Below, piece by piece: positions 1 through 9,124 of a stretch of DNA of 64,000 nucleotides. The translations under genes were made by a program, and so were the position numbers. The stretch covers positions 145,809 through 209,808 of the forward strand of contig CAWFNI010000015.1 of assembly GCA_963817085.1 (NCBI GenBank). The letters run 5' to 3'. How positions within the stretch are numbered: the stretch's first letter is position 1; each line of letters begins with the position of its first letter. The stretch comes from Candidatus Acidiferrales bacterium. Its GTDB lineage: Bacteria > Acidobacteriota > Terriglobia > Acidiferrales > UBA7541. The notes beneath the pieces are model-generated. The model had not been told where the DNA came from. It was given only the letters and a program-made list of their open reading frames with translations, and ran no database searches.

Positions 1-2030
1 TCCAGCGTTTCCACGTAGAGAACGCCGTGAAGATGATCGGCATAAAAGATGGGAAGCGCCATGGCGGTGACCGAATCCGCCAGGACCGGCTTGGTGCTGT
101 TCTGGGAAGTTACCGCGGAGCGGTAGGTTGCCGGCTTTCCAGTGCGCGCCACCTGGCCAATCAATCCCGAATCGAGTGGAAGGCGTCGCCCGATGGCCCC
201 GCGCCGCTTGCCGCTCTCGGCGGAGATGATCAGCTCTCGCGTGGTGTACTCGAGTATGGCGATTCCGATGTGGTCGTAGGACAGTCCGTGTTCCAGTTGC
301 CCCGCAATCTTGGCCAGCACTTCGTCCGGGTTCAGCGTGGCAATGGCATCCCGCGAGATCAGGTTCAGCAGGCTGAGATGGCGCGCTTTCGTTCGCTCCT
401 CCTGGAACAAGCGGGCATTTTCAATCGCGATGCTGGCTTCGCTGGCCAGCACGCGCAAAAGTTCCAGGTGTCCTTCGTCGTAGGAGTGCTCGTTATTGGA
501 GAAAATGCACAAAGCGCCAATGGCGTGATCGTATGCCACCAGGGGAACGCCGCAGAACGAACCGGCGGTACGGATCGGCTCGACGCCAAGCTTGCGGATT
601 TCGGAGACAAAATTCTCCCGAATCAGCACCGGCTGGCGCGTGCGCAAAATAAATTCCGTCAGGTGATTGCCGGCCGGCCGCGCGCGCTTGGGCATGCGCG
701 AGCCCTTGATCATTTCCAGATCGAAATGAATCTGGTCGCGCACGGAATCAAACGTGGCCAGATACAGATTTTCGACGTCGAACAGGCGGCGCAACTCTTC
801 CCAGATTTTGCGCAGCAGGTCTTCCTTGTTGAGCGTGGAGCTGAGCGCGCGCCCGATTTCGTTCAGCACATGAAGCTCTTCGGAACGGCGCGAAGTCTGC
901 TGCACCAGATAACTGTTTTCCACGGCCACCCCGATCTGGTGGCCCAGCGCCAGCAGCAGCCGAAGTTCAGCGGGAGTGAAGCGCCGGCTGTCCGGGGTGC
1001 CCAGGAGAAGCAAGCCAAAAGCCTGTTCTTTCGCCTGAAGGCTGATGACCACGGCACTGCGCAAGCCGTGCCGCAGGGCGAGTTCGCGGAATCGCCGGAT
1101 CGGCTCGTCTTTCTCGAGGGCGGAAAGGTTGTCGTCCCGCAGATCACGGAAGCCCAGCAGACCGCCGAATCGCGACACCATCCCCACCAGATAATCGTCC
1201 AAGCCCTCCGTCTGCGCCGTCCGGCAGAATTCATCGGAAATACCCGCCGAGACCACCGAACTGGGGCCCGCAGGATCACCGTGATGCAGGAACAACGCGC
1301 CAGCCGGCAAGCGCACGACTCCCAAAACCCGGTCAAGGGCCTGGGCCAGCATGCGCTGGATTTCCCCGCCGACAAAACTCGAAGTTGCCAGGTTGAGATT
1401 GGAGAGCGCCAACATATTGCGTTCCACGCGGCGTTTTTCCTCTTCGTAAATCGCCATGATGAGCAGCATGCAGACGAACGCAGTCGGAATCACCGTGATT
1501 GGCAGGACCGCCTGGCCGGGCAATTCGCGCGCGGAGGGGAGAATCTGCACGGAAATGGTCAGGACTCCCCAGGTGGTGAAGGCCAGCGCAAGCAGCCGGT
1601 CGGCGAGGGTCTCGTGTTGGCGGCTCTCACGCCAGAAGAGAAAGGCGATAGCCAGATAAATCACGGAAGCGGGAAACACGGCGGATCCGGGCAACACCCG
1701 GAAGGTATCTGCCGCCGCCCAGATGACCAGCACGGACGCCGCTCCGATCGCTGGCCCGACCCATAGCTTCTTCCTCGTGTAGCTCTGGGTGCCAAGGAAG
1801 AACGCGATTCCCGCTATGCCGAACAAGCCGGGATTCATCGCGTTCAAAAACGGATTGGCTTTCATCCACGGAGAAACAGCGAAAGGGAGCAAGTGCAGGG
1901 CGTAAAGGAACCACGCCGCGGTCCAGAAAAGGAGATATGGCTGGCGCTTCAGCGAATAGATGTACGCAAAAAACACTCCGACCATCAGAGTGGCGAGCAA
2001 GAAGCCGAGCGCAATGAAGCCCTGGACCAT
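1..2030 (-). CDS. Membrane-bound multi-GAF sensor protein (histidine kinase or diguanylate cyclase type); partial, runs off the left edge
   Basis: Manual minus-strand translation from ATG 2030 (MVQGFIALGFLLATL...): several hydrophobic helices, then repeated GAF signatures (LGHQIGVAVENSYL...ELHVLNEIGRALSSTL; LASEASIAIENARLF). No stop seen in the stretches translated; output domain lies outside the window. Absent from the ORF track. Confidence 0.8.
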   Translation of the reverse strand, partial: MVQGFIALGFLLATLMVGVFFAYIYSLKRQPYLLFWTAAWFLYALHLLPFAVSPWMKANPFLNAMNPGLFGIAGIAFFLGTQSYTRKKLWVGPAIGAASVLVIWAAADTFRVLPGSAVFPASVIYLAIAFLFWRESRQHETLADRLLALAFTTWGVLTISVQILPSARELPGQAVLPITVIPTAFVCMLLIMAIYEEEKRRVERNMLALSNLNLATSSFVGGEIQRMLAQALDRVLGVVRLPAGALFLHHGDPAGPSSVVSAGISDEFCRTAQTEGLDDYLVGMVSRFGGLLGFRDLRDDNLSALEKDEPIRRFRELALRHGLRSAVVISLQAKEQAFGLLLLGTPDSRRFTPAELRLLLALGHQIGVAVENSYLVQQTSRRSEELHVLNEIGRALSSTLNKEDLLRKIWEELRRLFDVENLYLATFDSVRDQIHFDLEMIKGSRMPKRARPAGNHLTEFILRTRQPVLIRENFVSEIRKLGVEPIRTAGSFCGVPLVAYDHAIGALCIFSNNEHSYDEGHLELLRVLASEASIAIENARLFQEERTKARHLSLLNLISRDAIATLNPDEVLAKIAGQLEHGLSYDHIGIAILEYTTRELIISAESGKRRGAIGRRLPLDSGLIGQVARTGKPATYRSAVTSQNSTKPVLADSVTAMALPIFYADHLHGVLYVETL

Positions 2031-2418
2031 CGAGTTTTCTGGGACTTTCCCTTGGTGTGGGGGTGCAGCAAGTGTTGAGGAACTCCGCGCTCAAGCAGCC
2101 GGGAATCTCCGCGGCGGTATGGCACCGCGGAATGCCCGGACATCCACCTTTGCGAGGCGCTCCAAAACACCCCAACCACACCTGTAACCAGTCTTTTTCG
2201 ATTATGAGGCACAGAAAAATGAGGCCGCAAGACTACCCGCGTACTAGTGGCGTAAGAGGTAGCAGGGGGCCGGGAAAGCAGCGTGGACCGCCGACTGAGT
2301 CGTTCGAGGATGTCCGGCCTAAAATGCTCGCCGCCCGGCGCGGCATGGTGGATGGACGGGCGGGGTGAGCTTCCGCTACACTGAAGTTTTCATTGCCACT
2401 TACTGGAAGCGACTAACC

Positions 2419-3891
2419 ATGACAGAAGTGACCAGCACTCATACGGGAACTGCGCGCGTGCGCTTTGCGCCCTCGCCCACTGGCTATCTCCACGTCGGAG
2501 GAGCCCGAACTGCGCTTTTTAATTGGCTATACGCACGCAAGCATCGCGGCACCATGATTCTCCGCATCGAGGACACGGACGCGGAACGCAACAAGCCCGA
2601 GCTCGTCGAAGGCATCATTGATGGCCTGAAGTGGCTCGGCGTGGATTGGGATGAAGGACCGTTCTACCAGTCCGAGAGAACTAGCCTGTATCGGGAATCC
2701 GCCAAGAAACTCCTGGCCAATGGAACCGCCTTCCTGTGCTATTGCCCCCCAGAGCGCTATGTGGGCGGTGACCACGCTAAAGAAGGCGCGGAGAAATCTC
2801 AACTGCGTAAGGTGCTCCGTTGCACCTGCCGGGATGGGAAACCACCCTCCCCGGACACCAAGCCAGCGATCCGTTTTAAGGTGCCTCTGGGCGGCAGCAC
2901 GAAGTTTCTTGACGCCGTGTTCGGTGAACGCGAATTCGCCAATGACGACATTGAAGACTTCGTCCTTCTTCGTTCCGGCAAGGAAGACGAAGACTTCGGC
3001 CAGGCCATGTACCAGATGAGCGTGGTGGTGGACGACATCGACATGCGTATCACCCATGTGGTGCGCGGCGCCGATCATATCTCGAACACGCCCAAGCAGG
3101 TGTTGCTCTACCGCGCGCTCGGTGTCGAACCGCCGGTCTTTGCCCACGTGCCGCTGATTCTCGGCGCGGACAAATCGCGGCTCTCCAAGCGCCATGGCGC
3201 CACGGATGTAAACATGTACCGCCGCGAAGGATTTCTCCCCGAAGCCTTCCGGAATTTCCTGGCGTTGCTCGGCTGGGCTCCCGGCGGAGACGAGGAATTT
3301 TTCCGAACCAACGATCTCATCGAGAGATTTTCCCTGGAAGGCGTCAGCCGGACAAACGGTGTATTTGACCGCGCCAAACTGGAATGGTTCAACACCCAGT
3401 ATCTGCAGAAACTGCCGATTGAGGACCTTCTGCCGGACGTGGAGCAGCAGTTGAGGCAGGACCGCTTGTGGAAGGAAGAGTGGGCCGTGGGCGCGGGTCA
3501 CGAGTGGTTCAGGAAGACCGTGGATTTGCTGCGGCCGCGCGTCCGGCTTCTGCCGGATTTTTCCAAGTGGTCGCGCGCGTTCTTCAGCGATGAATTTGCG
3601 CTGGATCCGGCCGCGAAAGCTAAGTTCTGGAAAGACGAAAGAGTGCCCGCCCTTCTGAAGAACCTCGCCGATGCGCTGGGAGCGCTGGCGGAATGGAATC
3701 ATGATGCCTGCGACCATGCTTCGCGCAAAGTGGCGGAAGAAGCGGGCGTAAAGGCGGGCCTGCTGATCAATGCCACGCGCGTGGCCATCGTCGGCCAGGC
3801 TGTCGCCCCGCCGCTGTTTGACACCATGGTTGTCCTCGGACAGGAACGCGTCGTCCGCCGCCTTCGTGAAGCTCTACGTCAGTGGCAGTAG
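2419..3891 (+). CDS. gltX: Glutamate--tRNA ligase
   Basis: RVRFAPSPTGYLHVGGARTALFN (HIGH), LRIEDTD, ITHVVRGADH, RLSKR (KMSKS-like); ATG at 2419. Confidence 0.96.
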   Translation: MTEVTSTHTGTARVRFAPSPTGYLHVGGARTALFNWLYARKHRGTMILRIEDTDAERNKPELVEGIIDGLKWLGVDWDEGPFYQSERTSLYRESAKKLLANGTAFLCYCPPERYVGGDHAKEGAEKSQLRKVLRCTCRDGKPPSPDTKPAIRFKVPLGGSTKFLDAVFGEREFANDDIEDFVLLRSGKEDEDFGQAMYQMSVVVDDIDMRITHVVRGADHISNTPKQVLLYRALGVEPPVFAHVPLILGADKSRLSKRHGATDVNMYRREGFLPEAFRNFLALLGWAPGGDEEFFRTNDLIERFSLEGVSRTNGVFDRAKLEWFNTQYLQKLPIEDLLPDVEQQLRQDRLWKEEWAVGAGHEWFRKTVDLLRPRVRLLPDFSKWSRAFFSDEFALDPAAKAKFWKDERVPALLKNLADALGALAEWNHDACDHASRKVAEEAGVKAGLLINATRVAIVGQAVAPPLFDTMVVLGQERVVRRLREALRQWQ

Positions 3892-3901
3892 GGTTTTTCA
3901 T

Positions 3902-3927
3902 GTAGGGTCCGCCTTCCGGGGCGGACC
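3902..3927. repeat. GTAG-type REP-like palindrome, possible bidirectional terminator
   Basis: GTAG-GGTCCGCC-ttccgg-GGCGGACC perfect 8-bp stem between convergent genes. Confidence 0.5.
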
Positions 3928-3953
3928 GCCAGGTAAACCACTATCCTGAACCC

Positions 3954-4502
3954 CTATTTCCCGAAGATCGCCCCGTTCGCCGCTTTCGCGCCGCCCTGCG
4001 TGGCGACCACATGGATCGTGGCCTCCACATCCCTGGTCACCGGCGGAAGGCAGATTTCCATGCTGCAAGCCTGGTAGCGAAGCTTCATGGCCAGACGTTG
4101 CGCGCCAAGCGGCGCATTGGGAAGAGCCGTGAGTGGCAGGCGCACCGTCACCGAATCCGTGTACACATTCAGCTGTTTGTTTTTCGAAAACGCAAAAGTC
4201 TGCAGCGTCCCCTTCGGATAAATCACATTGGACATCTTGAATCCTGCGGGAACGTCCGCCTTCAGATCAGTGGGAATCAGGTAGTCGAAGGTGACTTCGC
4301 GTGCGTTGACGTGAAAACCCGGCTTGATCTTCAGCAGCACCGCCACCTGAAAAGCCATCCCCCGTGCCACGGGGTCAAAGGAGACGTAGGCCGTGGGAGC
4401 CAGGACGTCCTTACCAGACATGGCTTGCGCATCGGCCGTGGGCGCGAGCCACGGAGAAGCGGCAACTACGAGAAAGAGCAGCGTGGCGAAAAAGTGTTTC
4501 AC
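3954..4502 (-). CDS. Periplasmic DsbD N-terminal (alpha)-domain-like protein
   Basis: Signal peptide; IKPGFHVNA; C-terminal RYQACSMEICLPP matching the DsbD-alpha Cys pair. Confidence 0.8.
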   Translation of the reverse strand: MKHFFATLLFLVVAASPWLAPTADAQAMSGKDVLAPTAYVSFDPVARGMAFQVAVLLKIKPGFHVNAREVTFDYLIPTDLKADVPAGFKMSNVIYPKGTLQTFAFSKNKQLNVYTDSVTVRLPLTALPNAPLGAQRLAMKLRYQACSMEICLPPVTRDVEATIHVVATQGGAKAANGAIFGK

Positions 4503-4831
4503 ACCGTCACCTGTGCACCGATTTGTTGGGAAATCACGCGGCTCATTACCGCATAAAGATCTTCGCCGCTCTTTTCATGTACGAACGCCCCGCGCGCCTC
4601 GGACCAGCCCAGCTTAAAACTGGTCGAAAGCGCTGAGATCCAGATTTCGCGGATCGGCGTGTTGGGTGAAATCACGAATTTTGCGGGCTCCGGTTCTTCG
4701 AAGATCACTTCCAGCTTTCCGCTTTCCCCTTCCACGTCAAATTCATGTTCATCGCCGAGCTTCAGCAGTCGGCGCTTCAAATCCTCAAAGGTGGCGTCGG
4801 CCTTTTTCTGAAAATCGTGTTCAGAGAGCAT
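4499..4831 (-). CDS. cyaY: Frataxin-family iron donor CyaY
   Basis: 110 aa, acidic N-terminal helix, FVISPNTPIREIWISA resembling the frataxin N-x-Q-x-P-x-x-Q-I-W motif. Confidence 0.8.
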   Translation of the reverse strand: MLSEHDFQKKADATFEDLKRRLLKLGDEHEFDVEGESGKLEVIFEEPEPAKFVISPNTPIREIWISALSTSFKLGWSEARGAFVHEKSGEDLYAVMSRVISQQIGAQVTV

Positions 4832-4845
4832 GCGCGCCGCCCCTC

Positions 4846-5406
4846 CTAGAGCTGTGATTCGATGTCTTTGACCAGCTGATCGTAATTCAGCAGGCCCTGG
4901 TATTTCTCCACTTGCTTGCCGTCTTTGGAGATCAGGAAGCTGGTGGGATAACCGAGAATCCCGCCGAACTGGTCGGCAGCGTCATCACTGCCGAGCCAGA
5001 TGGGATAGCTCATCGGCAACTGCTGCCCATTCACATCGAAGCGCTCTTTCTCAACAAAAGGAGCGACCGCGCTCTTCCCCTCGTCGTCCATCGCCACGCC
5101 TACAACGGTGAAACCACGCGAAGCATATTTGCCCTGCATCTCGATCAACCACGGGATTTCCACGCGGCAGGGATCGCACCAGGTGGCCCAGAAATTCACC
5201 AGGACCACCTTGCCCTTCAGGTCCGCGAGAGACACTTCCTTGCCGTCCAGATCCTTCAGCTTGAGATTCGGCGCAGGCTTTCCCGCAACACTCGAAGCAG
5301 CAACGGTCATGCCGGTTTTGGGATGCAGTCGTGTGGCGTGGTCGGCGTAGATGGTGACTGCGATGAGCGCCGCAACGGTCAGAACGATGATGGCAACTTT
5401 TTTCAT
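4846..5406 (-). CDS. TlpA/ResA-family thiol-disulfide oxidoreductase
   Basis: N-terminal anchor; KGKVVLVNFWATWCDPCRVEIP; YPTSFLI. Confidence 0.92.
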   Translation of the reverse strand: MKKVAIIVLTVAALIAVTIYADHATRLHPKTGMTVAASSVAGKPAPNLKLKDLDGKEVSLADLKGKVVLVNFWATWCDPCRVEIPWLIEMQGKYASRGFTVVGVAMDDEGKSAVAPFVEKERFDVNGQQLPMSYPIWLGSDDAADQFGGILGYPTSFLISKDGKQVEKYQGLLNYDQLVKDIESQL

Positions 5407-5433
5407 AAACCCTTCACCCGAAAGATTATCTCC

Positions 5434-6303
5434 TTACATCGAAAAACGATTCAGAAACGTCAACTTTCCCGCCAGCCAGGTCAACTTGTTGAAGAACACC
5501 AGCCCGCCCACAAACAGCAGTAAGGCGCCGCTGAACAATTCGACCGCGTGAAGATGCTTGCGGAAATTCTGATAAAACCGCAGGAACAAGCCGATACCGA
5601 GGGCCGTCAGGAGAAATGGAATGGCCAGGCCGGCGGAATAGACGGCGAGCAGAAGCACGCCTCGAGCAATTGTGTCGCTGGCGGCGGCGAGCGCCAGAAC
5701 CGTGGCGAGAATGGGGCCGATGCAGGGCGTCCAGCCGAACGCGAACGCGAAGCCCAGCAGGAATCCGCTGAGCATCCCTGGCTTCTTGGTATCGGCATTG
5801 TGCAGTCGCACGTCCTGATTCAGCCAACGCGCCAAAAGCGGGCCGAAGAAGCCGATGATGGAAAGCGAAAAGAAGTGGCTGGCCCCCAGTCCGGCAAACA
5901 GCGGGCCGTGTCGAAGCAGGGATGCAATCCCAAGTGCGACAAGCACGCAACCCAGCACGATCCCTGCACGAACATTCATGCGGATCAACCCGCCCAACAA
6001 ATGCAGTCCGAAGAGCAAGATCAAAGCCCCTGCAACCGGCGCAAGCAGCGCCCGGTTCTGGCGCAGGAATCCTCCAACGGCACTGGCGGAAGCGCCGAAG
6101 GAAATGAACACCACAGAAAAACCGACGACAAAGGAGAGCGCGGAAGCAAAAAGTCCAGATTTGGGCTGCTGACCCTGCCGGAGCTGCTCCACGCTGATGC
6201 CGGAAAGCATCGAGATATAGCCCGGAACAAGAGGCAGCACGCACGGCGAGAGAAACGAAATCACCCCGGCAAGGAAGGCACCACCCAGAGAAACATCGGT
6301 CAT
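5434..6303 (-). CDS. ccdA: Cytochrome c biogenesis protein CcdA (DsbD beta-domain family)
   Basis: SFLSPCVLPLVPGY and FGWTPCIGPIL motifs; polytopic membrane protein. Confidence 0.92.
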   Translation of the reverse strand: MTDVSLGGAFLAGVISFLSPCVLPLVPGYISMLSGISVEQLRQGQQPKSGLFASALSFVVGFSVVFISFGASASAVGGFLRQNRALLAPVAGALILLFGLHLLGGLIRMNVRAGIVLGCVLVALGIASLLRHGPLFAGLGASHFFSLSIIGFFGPLLARWLNQDVRLHNADTKKPGMLSGFLLGFAFAFGWTPCIGPILATVLALAAASDTIARGVLLLAVYSAGLAIPFLLTALGIGLFLRFYQNFRKHLHAVELFSGALLLFVGGLVFFNKLTWLAGKLTFLNRFSM

Positions 6304-6627
6304 TTCACTTTGTCCTTTTCCCTTCTATTCTCGCACAAAAAGAGAGTGCGTTTGCGAAACGCGGATTCCTCTCCCCCGCAGTCCTCCCTTGAGATCATCC
6401 CGCCGCTGATTAAGTTACAGAGCCCTCTGCCTTCCTTTTAGACGCAAAAACAGCGTGGCTAGATCACAACGAGGGCTGTCGGAGACACCTGGCGCGTTTT
6501 GCTGGCAGAGACAAACCCGGCCCGACTCCTGCGTTCCTACATCCTATTGAAAATACACTGATTAAGAGTTGGCCGCTTGGCCCCCTCTTTGCTCCTCGCG
6601 GTACGGAGATTGATTCGGCAGGTGGCT

Positions 6628-7302
6628 ATGATCTGGACACCAAACAAAATTACGTTCTTGCGCGTGGGTCTGGGATTTCTTTCCGTTGGCCTGTTTGGCC
6701 GCAGCGCCTGGTTGAACCTGATGGCCGTGGGCCTGACCATCAGTGCGATCGCGTTGGACGCCCTGGATGGCCACATCGCGCGCATTAAGAAAATGGCCAC
6801 GCCAGAGGGCGCGCAGATCGACATTCTGGGCGACCGCATGATCGAAAACATGTACTTCACTTATTTCGCGGTGGTGGGCATGGTGTCGCTCTGGCTTCCC
6901 ATGCTGTTCTTTGCGCGCGGGACAGCTACGGATTTCCTGCGCGGCTTGGCGATGAAAGCGGGACGCTCTGGCTGGGGCGCGGACTCCATGCTGCAAAGCA
7001 GGTGGGCTCAAGTCCTGGTGGCCTCGCGCTGGAGCCGGGGTGCATACGCCGCTCTCAAATGCGTGTGCTTCTGCTATCTGGGGTTGGAACTGGCATTGAC
7101 GCGCGGGCCGGTGGCGCTCATGGGGCCCGTGACGTTGGACATGCACGCCGCCATTCGCGTTGGCGCGCAGTCGCTAGCCTGGGCCACCGCAGCTTTCTGC
7201 GTGATGCGCGGCTTGCCGGTGCTGCTGGAAGGCTGGAAATATTTTGCGGAGAAGTTGCCGGGACAGGGAACAAAAGGTCATCCGCAGGGAGACGCCGCAT
7301 GA
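6628..7302 (+). CDS. CDP-alcohol phosphatidyltransferase family protein
   Basis: TPNKITFLR start; DALDGHIAR...GAQIDILGD equals the DxxDGxxAR...GxxxDxxxD signature. Confidence 0.92.
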   Translation: MIWTPNKITFLRVGLGFLSVGLFGRSAWLNLMAVGLTISAIALDALDGHIARIKKMATPEGAQIDILGDRMIENMYFTYFAVVGMVSLWLPMLFFARGTATDFLRGLAMKAGRSGWGADSMLQSRWAQVLVASRWSRGAYAALKCVCFCYLGLELALTRGPVALMGPVTLDMHAAIRVGAQSLAWATAAFCVMRGLPVLLEGWKYFAEKLPGQGTKGHPQGDAA

Positions 7303-8054
7303 GTGCGGAAGCGAAAACCAACGGTCGCCTCGCGGCGTTTTTTGACCTGGATGGAACGCTGATTCCCCAACCGTCCCTCGAAAAGCGGTTTTTTTCCGAA
7401 CTGCGCCGCAACAGCTTGATTCCGATTGCGAATTATCTGCGGTGGAGCTGCCAGACGCTGCGCCTGTTGCCCAAGGGTCTCCTGGCTGTGCAACATGAGA
7501 ACAAACGCTATCTTGCAGGTCTCTGCTGCGACCTCGTCTTCCGGTATATGGAGTCCGTTTCTTTTTTCGAAGAAGGCATCGCGCGGATGATGTGGCACGC
7601 GCGGCAAGAGCACCAAATCGTACTGGTGAGCGGAACGCTGGAACCCTTGGCGCGTCTGGCCGCGATGGCGATGGAGTGCGAACTCGAAGCGCGCGGCGTG
7701 CCGGTTCGCCTGTCTGTTTGCGCGACGCGCCTGGCCGGAGAGGGCCAGCACTGGACTGGCTACCTCGCCGGCGAAGCGATGTACGGGCCTGCGAAAACGC
7801 GCGCGATTGCGGCACTTGCGAAAATACAGAACCTGGACCTGCGGCAGTGTCACGCCTACGGAAACAGTGTGCTGGACAAACACCTGCTCTGTGCTGTTGG
7901 CCATGGCCACGCCGTCAATCCCGGAAAGGCGCTCGCCGCGATCGCCAATGCCAAAGATTGGCCGATCTGGCACTGGCAACTCGAGAAGAAAGTCGACTCG
8001 AACGTTGACTCGCGCGCGGCTGCAGAAATCCAACCAAACGAGGGGCAGGCATGA
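7299..8054 (+). CDS. HAD-IB family phosphatase
   Basis: AFFDLDGTL, VLVSGT, K, AYGNSVLD (motif IV D>N), AVNP; ATGA overlap with the upstream gene. Confidence 0.88.
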   Translation: MSAEAKTNGRLAAFFDLDGTLIPQPSLEKRFFSELRRNSLIPIANYLRWSCQTLRLLPKGLLAVQHENKRYLAGLCCDLVFRYMESVSFFEEGIARMMWHARQEHQIVLVSGTLEPLARLAAMAMECELEARGVPVRLSVCATRLAGEGQHWTGYLAGEAMYGPAKTRAIAALAKIQNLDLRQCHAYGNSVLDKHLLCAVGHGHAVNPGKALAAIANAKDWPIWHWQLEKKVDSNVDSRAAAEIQPNEGQA

Positions 8055-9121
8055 AGAACGAAAAAATGCGAGAGTGGAGAGGTCAGTCGCTCAAGACAGA
8101 CTGCGTGGCCGCGAGCCAACTCGACGGTTGCGTTGTGGTTTTGCCGGCAGCACGAGGAGATACGTCCAGAGTGTGGCAAGCTTTGCAGAGACAACTTGCG
8201 GTTGCATGGACGGCGTGTGGTGCTTTTGAGTGGATGGCCTTCGCATACTTGGGCCTCTCAAGCACATTGATTGCGTTGTTCGCGCAGAATCTGGCGCACC
8301 CGTGGCGGCTGCTTGGCACTCAGGCATTCGTGGCGGCCCTCGTTCTAACCCTCTGCCACACGCAAGCCCGCGCCGCTGCGGGCGAGGCTCTGCACGGTGT
8401 TTCGTTTTCTTCCCGGTGGTGGCACTTCTGGCGCCACTGGTATCCGCACCTGTTCTTCCTCTTCTGCTTCGAGGAACTGGCGCACCTGATGACGCTCTAC
8501 ACGCCGCATTGGCAGGATGCCAGGCTGATTGCCTTCGATTACTGGTTGACGGGGGTTCACCCCACAATCTGGCTGGAACAGTTCGCAAGCACTCCCCGCA
8601 ATGAAGTCATGCAACTGGTTTATCTTTCGTATTTCACTTATCTGCTCATCCTCGGCGGAATTCTTTATGTGCGCGGGGAATGGCGCGCCTATTGGTCAGT
8701 GATGACCTACTCCATGATCGGCTACATGATCGGTTACGTCATCGCCATGTTTTTCCCGATTGAAAGCCCATGGTTCGCCATGGCGGGTTCCTGGAAGGCG
8801 CCGCTTTCCGGCGGACCGGTAACCGCGACCGTGAATTTCATTGAACACTTTGGCCGCGTAAGAGGCGCCGCGTTTCCCTCCGAACACGTGGCGGGCGCCA
8901 CTGCTGCCCTTTGGGGCGCATGGCGATTCCGGCGCTACCTGTTCTGGATTTTATTGCCAGTGTTCCTGTGCATGTGCGTCTCCACCATCTGGGGCCGCTA
9001 TCACTACGTGGCCGACGTCTTCGGCGGCCTGACTACCGGAACGATCGGTTTTGTGATTGGCGGCTGGATCATGCGGCGGCGTGGAGCCATAAAGACCGCA
9101 CCGGACATTCCTGCGCATTGA
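8051..9121 (+). CDS. PAP2-superfamily membrane protein, Aur1/inositol-phosphorylceramide synthase-like
   Basis: AAFPSEHVA and RYHYVADV motifs, FFPIESPW, many TM helices; ATGA overlap. Confidence 0.85.
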   Translation: MKNEKMREWRGQSLKTDCVAASQLDGCVVVLPAARGDTSRVWQALQRQLAVAWTACGAFEWMAFAYLGLSSTLIALFAQNLAHPWRLLGTQAFVAALVLTLCHTQARAAAGEALHGVSFSSRWWHFWRHWYPHLFFLFCFEELAHLMTLYTPHWQDARLIAFDYWLTGVHPTIWLEQFASTPRNEVMQLVYLSYFTYLLILGGILYVRGEWRAYWSVMTYSMIGYMIGYVIAMFFPIESPWFAMAGSWKAPLSGGPVTATVNFIEHFGRVRGAAFPSEHVAGATAALWGAWRFRRYLFWILLPVFLCMCVSTIWGRYHYVADVFGGLTTGTIGFVIGGWIMRRRGAIKTAPDIPAH

Positions 9122-9124
9122 CAA

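Noticed and set aside
27-1766. 579-aa plus-strand ORF and other long antisense ORFs (e.g. 2527-3717, 14940-16412, 39850-41157, 48557-50275, 61970-63250)
   Set aside because: They are shadows of motif-bearing genes on the opposite strand in GC-rich DNA and have no recognisable domains
2115-2150. TGGCACCGCG resembling a T-box antiterminator upstream of gltX
   Set aside because: The flanking helices do not pair as an antiterminator, no stem I motifs or terminator were seen, and it lies about 290 nt from the start
2265-2365. TCCGGCCTAAA resembling P3 of a c-di-GMP-I riboswitch
   Set aside because: The GGCAAA...GNRA...ACGCAAA core is absent
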